From a virus (taxonomy: Duplodnaviria; Caudoviricetes): a DNA stretch of 50,668 nt. Both the position numbers and the translations under genes were made by a program. Below the pieces are notes generated by a model that saw only the letters and a program-made list of their open reading frames with translations, was not told the origin of the DNA and did not search any database. Below, piece by piece: positions 37,573-45,907 of the stretch. The number at the start of each line of letters is the position of its first letter. Within the stretch, counting starts at the first letter, position 1. The stretch is from IMG/VR virus record IMGVR_UViG_3300048768_000066, positions 1 to 50,668 of that record; one strand, 5' to 3'.

Positions 37573-39089
37573 AAAAACTATACCTGATAATTCTGCTTTT
37601 GCTCCTGCCGACCTTATCTTGGGCGGCGTGTACTGGTTCAAGTCCTAACTGGGCGGCGACCGGGGCTTATGCTGATGTTGCAAGCTGCGTATCGCAAGCC
37701 ACGGCAGGAGATACGATCACCATTACTGGAAATGCTACGTGGACAGGTAGCACCCTTACAGTTGACAGGGGGGTGAATCTGGTTGGCGCAAGCAATCCCG
37801 TTATTACATCAAAAGGTACTGCTATCCAATGGACACCTGGAACGGCGGCAAGGGCAGCCCATGACACGCTAAAGATCATCGGCATAACCCTTGACGGCAA
37901 TAGTGCGGCGATGGCCGACTGCGGATACATGGGCCTCATCAATGTTGACAGCGCTTCATCTACTAATTATGTGACCCTTATCGTCGGGAACAACACCATC
38001 AAAAATACCTCAGATTGCCGGGCCTTGTATCTCCGCCATGGCGCAGTGAGAGGCGTTGCCTATCAAAATGATTTTGACACCATTGGGTATCTCCTATTTT
38101 CTGGAGAAAACGATTCTGGCGCGTGGGCAGGTAGAACTCAGTCGTTTGGCGCAGCCAACAACGGGGATAACTTTTACCTTGAGGACAATTACATTCACGG
38201 AGGTGGAAGTTATACTGAAGTTGGCGACGGTGGAAGAGCAGTTCTGAGATACAATACTTGGGATTTCGCAGGGCATGATACTCTTTGGGACGTTCACGGG
38301 TTACAGTCAATGCAGACCACGGCCGGAGGAGAATGTCAATCAGCGGGAGGCTGTGACCCGACAAAGACAGTATGCGGACAACACTCCGCGATGGTATATG
38401 AAAATTACGGCAATGTTGCACGGGGCAGAGATGACGGTTCTGATGGCTACCAGTGGTTGTATTTAAGGGGTGGCTGGTCGCTATGGTTTAACAATACATA
38501 CACTTCTACCACAGGAAAAACGCCGATAACGGTGTGGTTAAACTACGCTTGCGATAGTTGCCAAGACTCAGGAAGCGCAAGTGAGCATATCCAGAATACT
38601 TACCAGTGGAACACCTTTGCCAATGGCACAAGAAGAACGCTGGCGAAAAGTTTCGATATGTGCGCCGATGCTTTTTACACAAACCAGACAACTTACGCGG
38701 CCCAAGTGGCCGCCTCTGCCATACGAGAAGATTATGAGTTTTTTAATGACAAGTATGCTGCCTACGATGGGACAAGCGGGGTTGGCTGTGGGTCAACTCT
38801 TCCAGCCACCTGCACGGCGAATAAGACGGCATACTGGTTGACGAATCAGTCCTGCACCGATGTTTCAACATTCTCAGGTGCGAAGGGCATTGGCTCTGAG
38901 AATAGGAGTGCTAATATCTCCGGCACCCTCTACAAATGCACAGGAACAAACACTTGGACAAGTTACTACACCCCCTACACCTACCCCCACCCGTTGAGGG
39001 GAGCAACAGCAAGTTCTGGCACAGCCACCCTCGGCGGCACCGGAACAGTGACTATTGGCGGGAGTGGAACGATCACGATCACTCCGTAA
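37569..39089 (+). CDS. Cys-rich beta-helix protein with signal peptide
   Basis: MKKLYLIILLLLLPTLSWA; ATAGDTITI cap, NNTI/EDNYI/RYNT rungs, YTPYTYPHPL motif. Confidence 0.7.
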   Translation: MKKLYLIILLLLLPTLSWAACTGSSPNWAATGAYADVASCVSQATAGDTITITGNATWTGSTLTVDRGVNLVGASNPVITSKGTAIQWTPGTAARAAHDTLKIIGITLDGNSAAMADCGYMGLINVDSASSTNYVTLIVGNNTIKNTSDCRALYLRHGAVRGVAYQNDFDTIGYLLFSGENDSGAWAGRTQSFGAANNGDNFYLEDNYIHGGGSYTEVGDGGRAVLRYNTWDFAGHDTLWDVHGLQSMQTTAGGECQSAGGCDPTKTVCGQHSAMVYENYGNVARGRDDGSDGYQWLYLRGGWSLWFNNTYTSTTGKTPITVWLNYACDSCQDSGSASEHIQNTYQWNTFANGTRRTLAKSFDMCADAFYTNQTTYAAQVAASAIREDYEFFNDKYAAYDGTSGVGCGSTLPATCTANKTAYWLTNQSCTDVSTFSGAKGIGSENRSANISGTLYKCTGTNTWTSYYTPYTYPHPLRGATASSGTATLGGTGTVTIGGSGTITITP

Positions 39090-39095
39090 AGGAGA

Positions 39096-39494
39096 ATGCG
39101 AATGGAATATACCGGCAAAGAGAGACGAAATGCAGTCATCCCAGTATGCGGCTTACATAAGAATATTGATGGAAAACTCGACCGAATCTTGGAACGTCAG
39201 GAAGGTCATATTGCCGATATCCAGCATATAAAGGATGTTGTCGAGAACGGACTCAAGACCGCTGTCATTAATACAAATGGCAACGTCGCTGAGTTACGGG
39301 ATCGCGTCACCAAAATAAAAGAATCCCTTAGTTTGTTGGAAGAGGGTTTTAAGACATTCAGTTGGTTCCGAACATGGGTTACTGAATTACGGGACAAGCT
39401 CTTTAAGCGAGTAATGCAGATTGCGTTTGTGGGGGCGATAGTATGGTTCATCCTCAATTTTGGGAAACAGGCGATTTTTAAGATTTTATCATAG
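39096..39494 (+). CDS. Coiled-coil protein with C-terminal TM helix (lysis-associated)
   Basis: Y.GKERR start, heptads, IAFVGAIVWFIL; precedes the endolysin. Confidence 0.6.
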   Translation: MRMEYTGKERRNAVIPVCGLHKNIDGKLDRILERQEGHIADIQHIKDVVENGLKTAVINTNGNVAELRDRVTKIKESLSLLEEGFKTFSWFRTWVTELRDKLFKRVMQIAFVGAIVWFILNFGKQAIFKILS

Positions 39495-39502
39495 GTTGGT
39501 AG

Positions 39503-39919
39503 ATGAAACACTTTGCTTTATACGAACTTGTTGACCGTGTGACATATACAAAGTGGGGAGAGCTTGCTTTTGGCCTATTCGCTCCCGATCTCCTGATTGC
39601 CCTCGACGGAGTTCGTGACTTCTTCAACGTACCAATTACTGTCAACAACTGGTACGGAGGAGGGCCTTTCCAGTACCGTGGATACCGTGGACCTGACTGT
39701 CCAGTAGGAGCCGAGAATTCCTACCATAAGAAGGGTATGGCCGCAGACTTCGACGTTCAAGGGTTGGATGCGGATGTTGTACGGGGGATGATTATGGAAC
39801 ACCAGAATGACCCTCTGTTGGAAAAGATTCAACGTCTTGAGGCGGATGTAAATTGGGTTCACATGGATGTAGGGAAGGTTCCAGAAGGCAAACAAAGGAT
39901 CTATGTTTTCAAAGCATGA
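39503..39919 (+). CDS. Endolysin, peptidase M15 family
   Basis: HFALYELV, GYR, SYHKKGMAADF, WVHMD. Confidence 0.85.
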   Translation: MKHFALYELVDRVTYTKWGELAFGLFAPDLLIALDGVRDFFNVPITVNNWYGGGPFQYRGYRGPDCPVGAENSYHKKGMAADFDVQGLDADVVRGMIMEHQNDPLLEKIQRLEADVNWVHMDVGKVPEGKQRIYVFKA

Positions 39920-40077
39920 AAGGAAACATAATGAATGATTAAGCCGCAATAGGAAAGCTAACCACCCATTGCAATGGGAATCTGAAAGCGGCTTATTGGG
40001 ACATAAGAAGGTTGGCCCGTGCGCACGGTTCTTATGTTTAAGAAACAAGAAACATTTAAGGAAAGGGATGAAGATGG

Positions 40078-40305
40078 ATGATGACCCTGGCGGTTTTTGT
40101 TGCGAACATAGCGACAGACATTTTGGCCGTCCTTTTTATCAGAGAAGTAACGGCGCATCATCGCATAAGGGCGGCTCTGGTAAGTATGCTGATCGTGGCC
40201 CTGTCCTACTTCTCAATCATCTATATCGTAGCCAACGTGTATTATATGATCCCTGCAATGTTGGGCGCGGGGGTAGGCTGTTACATAACTGTGGGGCGTA
40301 AATGA
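40078..40305 (+). CDS. Small three-helix membrane protein
   Basis: Three hydrophobic segments, GAGVGCY. Confidence 0.6.
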   Translation: MMTLAVFVANIATDILAVLFIREVTAHHRIRAALVSMLIVALSYFSIIYIVANVYYMIPAMLGAGVGCYITVGRK

Positions 40306-40706
40306 AAGGAGATACCATGACAGTAGCAAAGACATTAGCAAGTATGGACGCGAAACTGGACAAGATTCTGGCGGCAGTGGTGAAAGATCCGAATGCGATT
40401 ATTCATACCCCCTTCGGGGATGTTGATCCAAGCAAACCGGCACCGGATCCGCTTCCCGCAGTCCCTCCCGTAACGCCGGTTACGGTAATCCCCGTTACGG
40501 TTCCACCCGTAGCAAAATCGTATGATTGGGAACTCGCGCAATTTATGGCGAATGGTCGAACAGTGGAGCAATTTGCACAACAGCTTGAATCGACATACCC
40601 GCCGATTGGAGAGGATTACCGATCGGACATAGGGGATTTCATAAGGGATCACCAGGAAATGTTCAGTCCCACGTTCAAGGCGGCATTTCCACAGTATTTC
40701 AAATAA
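40302..40706 (+). CDS. Hypothetical protein with Pro/Val-rich linker
   Basis: AAGGAG RBS before Met at 40317. Confidence 0.6.
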   Translation: MKGDTMTVAKTLASMDAKLDKILAAVVKDPNAIIHTPFGDVDPSKPAPDPLPAVPPVTPVTVIPVTVPPVAKSYDWELAQFMANGRTVEQFAQQLESTYPPIGEDYRSDIGDFIRDHQEMFSPTFKAAFPQYFK

Positions 40707-40719
40707 TAGGAGGTATCGT

Positions 40720-40833
40720 ATGAGCATCGCAAAGTTATTGGAAATTTTGAAGTTGATTGCCCCGCTCGCCGGGGTGGACGCGGCAAAGTTGCAGATCGTA
40801 TTGGCAATTTTGGAAATCCTAAAAACGGAGTAG
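40720..40833 (+). CDS. 37-aa amphipathic helical peptide, not in ORF track
   Basis: MSIAKLLEILKLIAPLAGVDAAKLQIVLAILEILKTE; AGGAGGT RBS. Confidence 0.7.
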   Translation: MSIAKLLEILKLIAPLAGVDAAKLQIVLAILEILKTE

Positions 40834-40846
40834 GAGGTAAGAAGTC

Positions 40847-41047
40847 ATGGATCAGTTAGTAAATTTGTTAATTATGGTTGTTGTTTTTGGCAGTATTGCT
40901 TATGGGTTGTATTGGGTGCTGACCCATTTCAAAGCCCCCCTTCCTGTGTTTTGGATCGTGGGAGTGATCCTGTTGATCTTCCTGTTGTATTTCCTCATGG
41001 GGCAGTTCGGGGGCGGAGGCTACCATCTGCGTTTCGGAAGGTGGTGA
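40847..41047 (+). CDS. Two-TM membrane protein, holin candidate
   Basis: AGGAGGT RBS; two long hydrophobic helices, basic C-tail. Confidence 0.6.
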   Translation: MDQLVNLLIMVVVFGSIAYGLYWVLTHFKAPLPVFWIVGVILLIFLLYFLMGQFGGGGYHLRFGRW

Positions 41048-41048
41048 A

Positions 41049-41594
41049 ATGAACGATCTCTCAAGCTATATGGCTGTCCGGGATAAGATCCAGACGGGTG
41101 ATCTTATCCAATGGCATAGTAACGATATGGTCGGTTCCGCTATTATGTTCATTACGGAGAAATATCGTAGAAAGTATGAAATTGACCACGATGTCAATGT
41201 TAGCCATACAGCCAGTGTCATTCGTTTACCATCGTTTGAACGGGATCGAAGATATACCCTTGAGTCGTTGGAATCTGGTCCTTCCCTACATATCCTAAGC
41301 AAACGCCTTGAAGCCTACAATGGGAAGGTTTACTGGTATCCAGTCAACGCCACCGAAGAGGAACGTAACGTATGGGGAGGAAATGCCCTTGACTGCATTG
41401 GGGATGGGATCTCCTATGGATACACCGACATTCTGAAATTCATCGTGGAGAGGCCAAAAATCGACATCAAAAATGGTCTGATTTGCTCAGAGTATTGGAT
41501 GTATTGTTGGGGTTACGCGGGAACGTCTCTCAGTCCGAATGAATTGCCTACCCTTGACCGGCTCAAGGATTCGATCCCGGTTAGGATACTATAA
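41049..41594 (+). CDS. Permuted papain-like (YiiX/YebB, NlpC/P60) amidase
   Basis: IQTGDLI, SH before YxY and ICSE (permuted His...Cys order). Confidence 0.75.
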   Translation: MNDLSSYMAVRDKIQTGDLIQWHSNDMVGSAIMFITEKYRRKYEIDHDVNVSHTASVIRLPSFERDRRYTLESLESGPSLHILSKRLEAYNGKVYWYPVNATEEERNVWGGNALDCIGDGISYGYTDILKFIVERPKIDIKNGLICSEYWMYCWGYAGTSLSPNELPTLDRLKDSIPVRIL

Positions 41595-41607
41595 GGAACG
41601 GGATGGT

Positions 41608-41826
41608 ATGAGAACCGAGGCGGAAATTAAAAAGTTTCTGATTCGATGTAATAAAGCGCGGGGTTTTGGGATGAGTGAAAAGAGATGTCCTGCCGAGAAT
41701 GGGCGGCGAAAAGGATGTTGTGCTGAGTGTTCGATGCCGTCGTCACTGACATGGGTACTTGGAAAGGAGACAAAACCATCGGCAAATGGCCAAGATTTTT
41801 TGATTGAAGTTTTCAGGAATATATGA
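41608..41826 (+). CDS. Small Cys-rich protein
   Basis: MRTEAEI...CCAEC...LTWVLG. Confidence 0.55.
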   Translation: MRTEAEIKKFLIRCNKARGFGMSEKRCPAENGRRKGCCAECSMPSSLTWVLGKETKPSANGQDFLIEVFRNI

Positions 41827-41829
41827 GGG

Positions 41830-42162
41830 ATGATTATGCAACACATTGACCTTTTCAAGTTGATCTTCATGGCCGCCTATGCCGCCGGCGTGACAGCGGC
41901 TTCGTTTTACTTTTTCTTCCAAATCGTATTCGGAAAAATCCCGGACGATAACCAACAGTACGCCAACCTCATCCTCGGCTTCCTGATAGGTTAGGGGATA
42001 CCAACTTTTCTTGGATACTATTTCGGGATGAGTCAAAGTACAAAGGCCCGTGGCGCTATGGATACCATGCCTCCCAACGGCAGTCATACGCAGACGCTAA
42101 CCGAAACGACAACGCAGAGCAAGACGGATGAACCAGATGCGAAGGCAGAGATAAAAACATAG
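41830..42162 (+). pseudogene. Holin-like membrane protein interrupted by in-frame TAG at 41992-41994 (read-through or nonsense allele)
   Basis: ...KIPDDNQQYANLILGFLIG*GIPTFLGYYFGMSQS...; frame stays open to 42162, abutting the convergent gene. Confidence 0.65.
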
Positions 42163-42639
42163 TCACTCATCTTTGGCCGCCTTGAGGGCGTCTTTCACAG
42201 CAGAGGGAATACATAAAGTTTCTTTATCCCTCATGCGAAGGGACATTGACTTCTCTACTAACTCAGCTAATTTATCCGTTGGCAAAGCACCCCAAATCAC
42301 TAAGTATGATACGACATCCTCAGCAACCTTTAGTCTTTCCCTCAGCCGTCCATTCTCGGCGGTCAGGACATCGATCTGCTTGTCCTGTTCCATCACTGTC
42401 CCATTACAGGCATATAAACTCCTCTGCGTCGCTGCGTGGTTTGCAATTTCGAGAGATAAATCTCTCTGCGTAACCAGTTTTTTGCGTTCCGCTTCTCGTG
42501 CCATATCGCATTGTCGAGCAAGCATGGTGGCATTTGCGGATAAGTCGGCACTAAGCCGCTCAACCTCCTTATTCTTCGTTTTCACCTCCGCTTCGAGGGC
42601 GGCGATTTCCCCATTCAGTGTAATGATTAAGTCACTCAT
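42163..42639 (-). CDS. Coiled-coil accessory protein (start revised to MSDLII)
   Basis: IAALEAEV repeat; overlaps the upstream stop. Confidence 0.65.
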   Translation of the reverse strand: MSDLIITLNGEIAALEAEVKTKNKEVERLSADLSANATMLARQCDMAREAERKKLVTQRDLSLEIANHAATQRSLYACNGTVMEQDKQIDVLTAENGRLRERLKVAEDVVSYLVIWGALPTDKLAELVEKSMSLRMRDKETLCIPSAVKDALKAAKDE

Positions 42640-42787
42640 CTTGTCCGTCCTCTTCTTCCCGTGGATCTTCCGGTATCTGGCAGTTCGTCCCGCCGCAATT
42701 CGGGCAGTAGGTATAAGGCGAAATACCCGTAAGATTTTTCCAATAGATTCCGTATCGCCCACAGATACTACAAATCATCGTACTCAT
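42632..42787 (-). CDS. Small zinc-finger protein (51 aa), not in ORF track
   Basis: MSTMICSICG...YCPNCGG; GGAGG RBS; coupled at both ends. Confidence 0.65.
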   Translation of the reverse strand: MSTMICSICGRYGIYWKNLTGISPYTYCPNCGGTNCQIPEDPREEEDGQDE

Positions 42788-43167
42788 CTTCCCCTCCTTG
42801 CCCTATCGAGTTCTCGTTCAAGGGCGGCGATCTGCTCATCCTTCTCCTTCACCTCCGCTTCGAGGGAGTCGATGTGCTCTCCTCTTCCTTCCCATTGTCG
42901 TTTATAGTGTTCAACATCTTCCTTTAATTGGAAACATTCAATGCTATCTTCTTGTTTCAGGGCCGCCGCCTCAAGGGTGGCGATCATTTTCCCTAATCTG
43001 TCCACTTCCTTCAGCACCAGTCGGTAGTCGGAGATGAATTTGTGATTACTTTCTTGACAATGCTCAGCAACAATTTGGTCATGGCGGCGATCTGCTCCTC
43101 TTTGGCACCTATTGCCAAAAAAATTGCATTGATTATGTCGGGTCCGGCAATATCTTTTGGCACCCAA
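42784..43167 (-). CDS. Coiled-coil accessory protein (true start probably near 43005)
   Basis: IATLEAAA, IDSLEAEV and IAALERE repeats. Confidence 0.5.
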   Translation of the reverse strand: MGAKRYCRTRHNQCNFFGNRCQRGADRRHDQIVAEHCQESNHKFISDYRLVLKEVDRLGKMIATLEAAALKQEDSIECFQLKEDVEHYKRQWEGRGEHIDSLEAEVKEKDEQIAALERELDRARRGR

Positions 43168-43544
43168 AATCCTCTTTTTTGTAGCCCTTCCCTAATTTCT
43201 TGTGCCAAAGATATCCTATCTTCCGAATATATGGTCTTCCTTTCCCTCACCTCCGCTTCGAGGGCGGAAATCTGCTTGATATAGCCATCTGCTATCTTTG
43301 CCCATGTTGCAATATCACACTCTCTGGATTTCACCGCCGCTTCGAGGGCGGCGATCCTGTTTTCGTACTGTTCTTCGATGCTATCCATCGTACTCATCTT
43401 CTCCTCCTTCCCTGGCCATGTCTCCAGTGCAATCGGTAACGATTTCTCCGCCAGCAAGTTATTTTCAGAAGCCATCGCCTCATAACCCTTTGCCAAAAAT
43501 ATTGGTTGCCAGCGGATTTCACCTGCCGTATCTGTTTTGTACAT
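43011..43544 (-). CDS. Coiled-coil accessory protein (second strong start at 43397)
   Basis: AAGGAGGAGAAGATG at both starts; IAALEA repeats. Confidence 0.55.
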   Translation of the reverse strand: MYKTDTAGEIRWQPIFLAKGYEAMASENNLLAEKSLPIALETWPGKEEKMSTMDSIEEQYENRIAALEAAVKSRECDIATWAKIADGYIKQISALEAEVRERKTIYSEDRISLAQEIREGLQKRGFWVPKDIAGPDIINAIFLAIGAKEEQIAAMTKLLLSIVKKVITNSSPTTDWC

Positions 43545-43564
43545 CTTCTCCTCCTTCATAAGTC

Positions 43565-43738
43565 GGTTGTCATGATCGGATTCCCCACCCGACACCTGTC
43601 CTGTTGCCTGTCAGACCAACAGGCGCTTAATGGCCCTCTCGATTCCCCGTCCCGAACCTCTGCCGGTCGCAGCCATTCTCCATGCAATTTCACAGGCGCA
43701 TGAACTCTTACCCGACGCTGACACGCCGCATGACAACC
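43565..43738 (-). ncRNA. Candidate structured RNA
   Basis: 10-bp closing stem GGTTGTCATG/CATGACAACC with several internal hairpins; fills the intergenic gap. Confidence 0.45.
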
Positions 43739-44263
43739 TTAGATTAAGTTTACCTTGGCTCCTTCCCCGAAATATTTGATAGCTGCATTATTATAAGCCA
43801 TTGCCGCATCTTTGGGATTATCGAAATATCCAAGATGAAATCGCTTTCGTTTGACACCTATTTTACTTGTAAATTTTTGCTCTTTAATATTCCAACTTAC
43901 TCCTTGATATTTTGAACGTATCATGTTTTGGGTATTTTGTGATTGTGTGCAATTCCTCAGATTTACCTTTTGGTTATTTAGGCCATTATGGTCAAGATGA
44001 TCGACCACGAATCCGACAGGTGTTTTCATAATTATTCTGTGCATAAAAATTACCTTTTTGTTTTCGACCCTGACCGCATATTTGTATTTTTCCCGACCAG
44101 CAAGACACCATTTCCATTGGGATAATAAATTGTAATCATCAGCATCTACTATCGCTACCTTTCCTTGCGATAGGGATATTTCTCTGAATCCTGTCCCGAT
44201 TCCAGTAGGGGCTATGGCATTTTGGACATACATTGATTTTTGGCTTCCGGGGAGACCATTCAT
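43739..44263 (-). CDS. HNH-AP2 homing-endonuclease-like protein
   Basis: ISLSQGKVAIVD, MHRII...VDHLDHNGLNNQKVNLR, AP2 motif SKYQGV...HLGYF...AAMAYN. Confidence 0.9.
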   Translation of the reverse strand: MNGLPGSQKSMYVQNAIAPTGIGTGFREISLSQGKVAIVDADDYNLLSQWKWCLAGREKYKYAVRVENKKVIFMHRIIMKTPVGFVVDHLDHNGLNNQKVNLRNCTQSQNTQNMIRSKYQGVSWNIKEQKFTSKIGVKRKRFHLGYFDNPKDAAMAYNNAAIKYFGEGAKVNLI

Positions 44264-44306
44264 GTTGACACCTCCGACAAGTTAATTTTAGTATCTTGAT
44301 TTTCAT
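44139..44306 (-). CDS. 55-aa zinc-finger protein overlapping the HNH-AP2 5' end, not in ORF track
   Basis: CRRCQHEWSPR...CPKCHSPYW; AAGGAG RBS. Confidence 0.7.
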   Translation of the reverse strand: MKIKILKLTCRRCQHEWSPRKPKINVCPKCHSPYWNRDRIQRNIPIARKGSDSRC

Positions 44307-44546
44307 GATCTCTCCTTATCATAGTCATATTACTATTGTCAAGTTTTATTTTAAGATCGGGCGGCGCAGGATCACAGTGATTATGAGCCAGAGCCCTGCA
44401 CAGGTCAGATCACTCGTTACCGCCCTTTGCTTTCTTCTCCCATACCGGGCAATCCTTAAAATCCTTGCACTTTTTGCAAAACGAGGCGAAAACCATATCC
44501 CCCTTGTGCGTGAAATGAGGGCATTTGACCAGTGGGCCTCTATGCT

Positions 44547-44717
44547 TCAGGATTTTATTTCCCACCCGCGTATCCATACCAAACAGTCATCCTCATGCTC
44601 GTCTGGAGCTATCTGCCATTTTGCCGGTTCAAACCAATCGTTGAAATTATCCATTACGTCTTTTTCCGTAAGTCCGTCGCCCTCGATTTCAATATCAAAT
44701 TCAACAAGTAGTTTCAT
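44547..44717 (-). CDS. Small acidic protein (56 aa), not in ORF track
   Basis: MKLLVEFDIEIEG...; GAGG RBS. Confidence 0.55.
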   Translation of the reverse strand: MKLLVEFDIEIEGDGLTEKDVMDNFNDWFEPAKWQIAPDEHEDDCLVWIRGWEIKS

Positions 44718-44725
44718 TTATTCCT

Positions 44726-45907
44726 CTATGCTTCTGGATTGCTTTCATGCGCCTCTGATTTTCCTATATTCAACGGAACGTCCTCATCCGGCGGTTCAAG
44801 GATGATCCCCGCCGCTACGTTGTCAATCGTATTTTCCGGCACGCCCAACAATGTCTTCACCCGACGCAATCCCTGTTCGAGTACGCCAAAAGACATCCCT
44901 TCGATCTTTGTTGACGATGATGTTCCAAACACCTTCTCCATGACCTTGATTCGGGCCTGCTTCTCTTTTGCAGAGGATGATGGGTACACCTTATCCACTT
45001 CCGCTTTAAGTTCCTCCAGCGCAATCGTGGCGCGTTTTTTGGCTATAACCCAATCGGGTCGTCCCTCGCTGTCGAAAAGTCCCTGGCTGTCCCCCGACTC
45101 AAGAGGTTTATGCTCCCCGCCGATGTTGATGGATTCCCAATGGGGGGCGAAGTCGGCATAGGACGGGTTATAGAAAACCTTACCATCCATGATGTCGGAA
45201 CGGTCCTTCAGGACGGTCGCCATACGGACAAATTCACGTTCAGCCATCATCTGCTTTGCGGCCTTCATCTTCGCGTCTTTTGTTTTAGCTTCCCGGTAAC
45301 TTTCGTTTGCCTCCGGGTTTTTGATCCGTTCCATCTCTATCAGAAGGGAAGGTTCAAATCCAAACTCCCCTTCTGCTTTCATTTTGGTTCCGGTCTTGTA
45401 AAGTTCCATCTTGCCGTCGTCGCCTTCAAAATAATCATACTCAAAACCGGCACGACCACAGACTATGATGTGCAGGGCCGACGTAACGAAAGGTGTAGCA
45501 AAATCACCGCTCCACATTGGTTTGAGTATTCCCCAGTCCTGAAAGGACAGGCGGTTTACATTCTTTTTCTTCCGGTAGGATTCCACGATATCAACCCAAA
45601 AATGGGAAACGCTGTCGATTATAAGGATGTCAAAGATTCCCGGTCCTTCCCGTAACCCTTCGGCTAAGTCACGAAAAGCCCTCGTTTTAGATACCATCAT
45701 TTCGATGCCATGTTTTTGGAATATTGGCAGAACAAAGTCCGACCCCGTTTCCGTGTCGATGAAGCCAATAGGTTTTATGGATTTTATTGCCTTATGCAAT
45801 CCGACCGCTATTTCCGTCGCTGTCCTCGTCTTTCCCGATCCAGCGAATCCGAGAATCCCCACCTTGGCAAAGGCCATCGTGTTGCTTGCCTTTTTGAATA
45901 TACTCAT
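44726..45907 (-). CDS. AAA_24-type P-loop NTPase (Sak4-like recombination protein)
   Basis: GFAGSGKT, FIDTE, LIIDSVSH; start revised to MSIFKKA. Confidence 0.8.
   Translation of the reverse strand: MSIFKKASNTMAFAKVGILGFAGSGKTRTATEIAVGLHKAIKSIKPIGFIDTETGSDFVLPIFQKHGIEMMVSKTRAFRDLAEGLREGPGIFDILIIDSVSHFWVDIVESYRKKKNVNRLSFQDWGILKPMWSGDFATPFVTSALHIIVCGRAGFEYDYFEGDDGKMELYKTGTKMKAEGEFGFEPSLLIEMERIKNPEANESYREAKTKDAKMKAAKQMMAEREFVRMATVLKDRSDIMDGKVFYNPSYADFAPHWESINIGGEHKPLESGDSQGLFDSEGRPDWVIAKKRATIALEELKAEVDKVYPSSSAKEKQARIKVMEKVFGTSSSTKIEGMSFGVLEQGLRRVKTLLGVPENTIDNVAAGIILEPPDEDVPLNIGKSEAHESNPEA

Noticed and set aside
24460-39089. Diversity-generating retroelement acting on fibres
   Set aside because: No reverse transcriptase ORF and no TR/VR pair with adenine-specific mismatches was seen
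42173-42907. 244-aa plus-strand ORF and similar long antisense ORFs (e.g. 10191-10892, 10801-11484, 29698-30357)
   Set aside because: Shadows of better-supported opposite-strand genes; no RBS or recognisable motifs
43565-43738. tRNA or amber suppressor
   Set aside because: Too long, and lacks a canonical TTCRA T-loop, D-loop and anticodon arm; kept only as a candidate ncRNA
44726-45907. Phage-encoded sigma54 activator
   Set aside because: The P-loop is AAA_24/RecA-like with no GAFTGA loop or C-terminal Fis-type HTH
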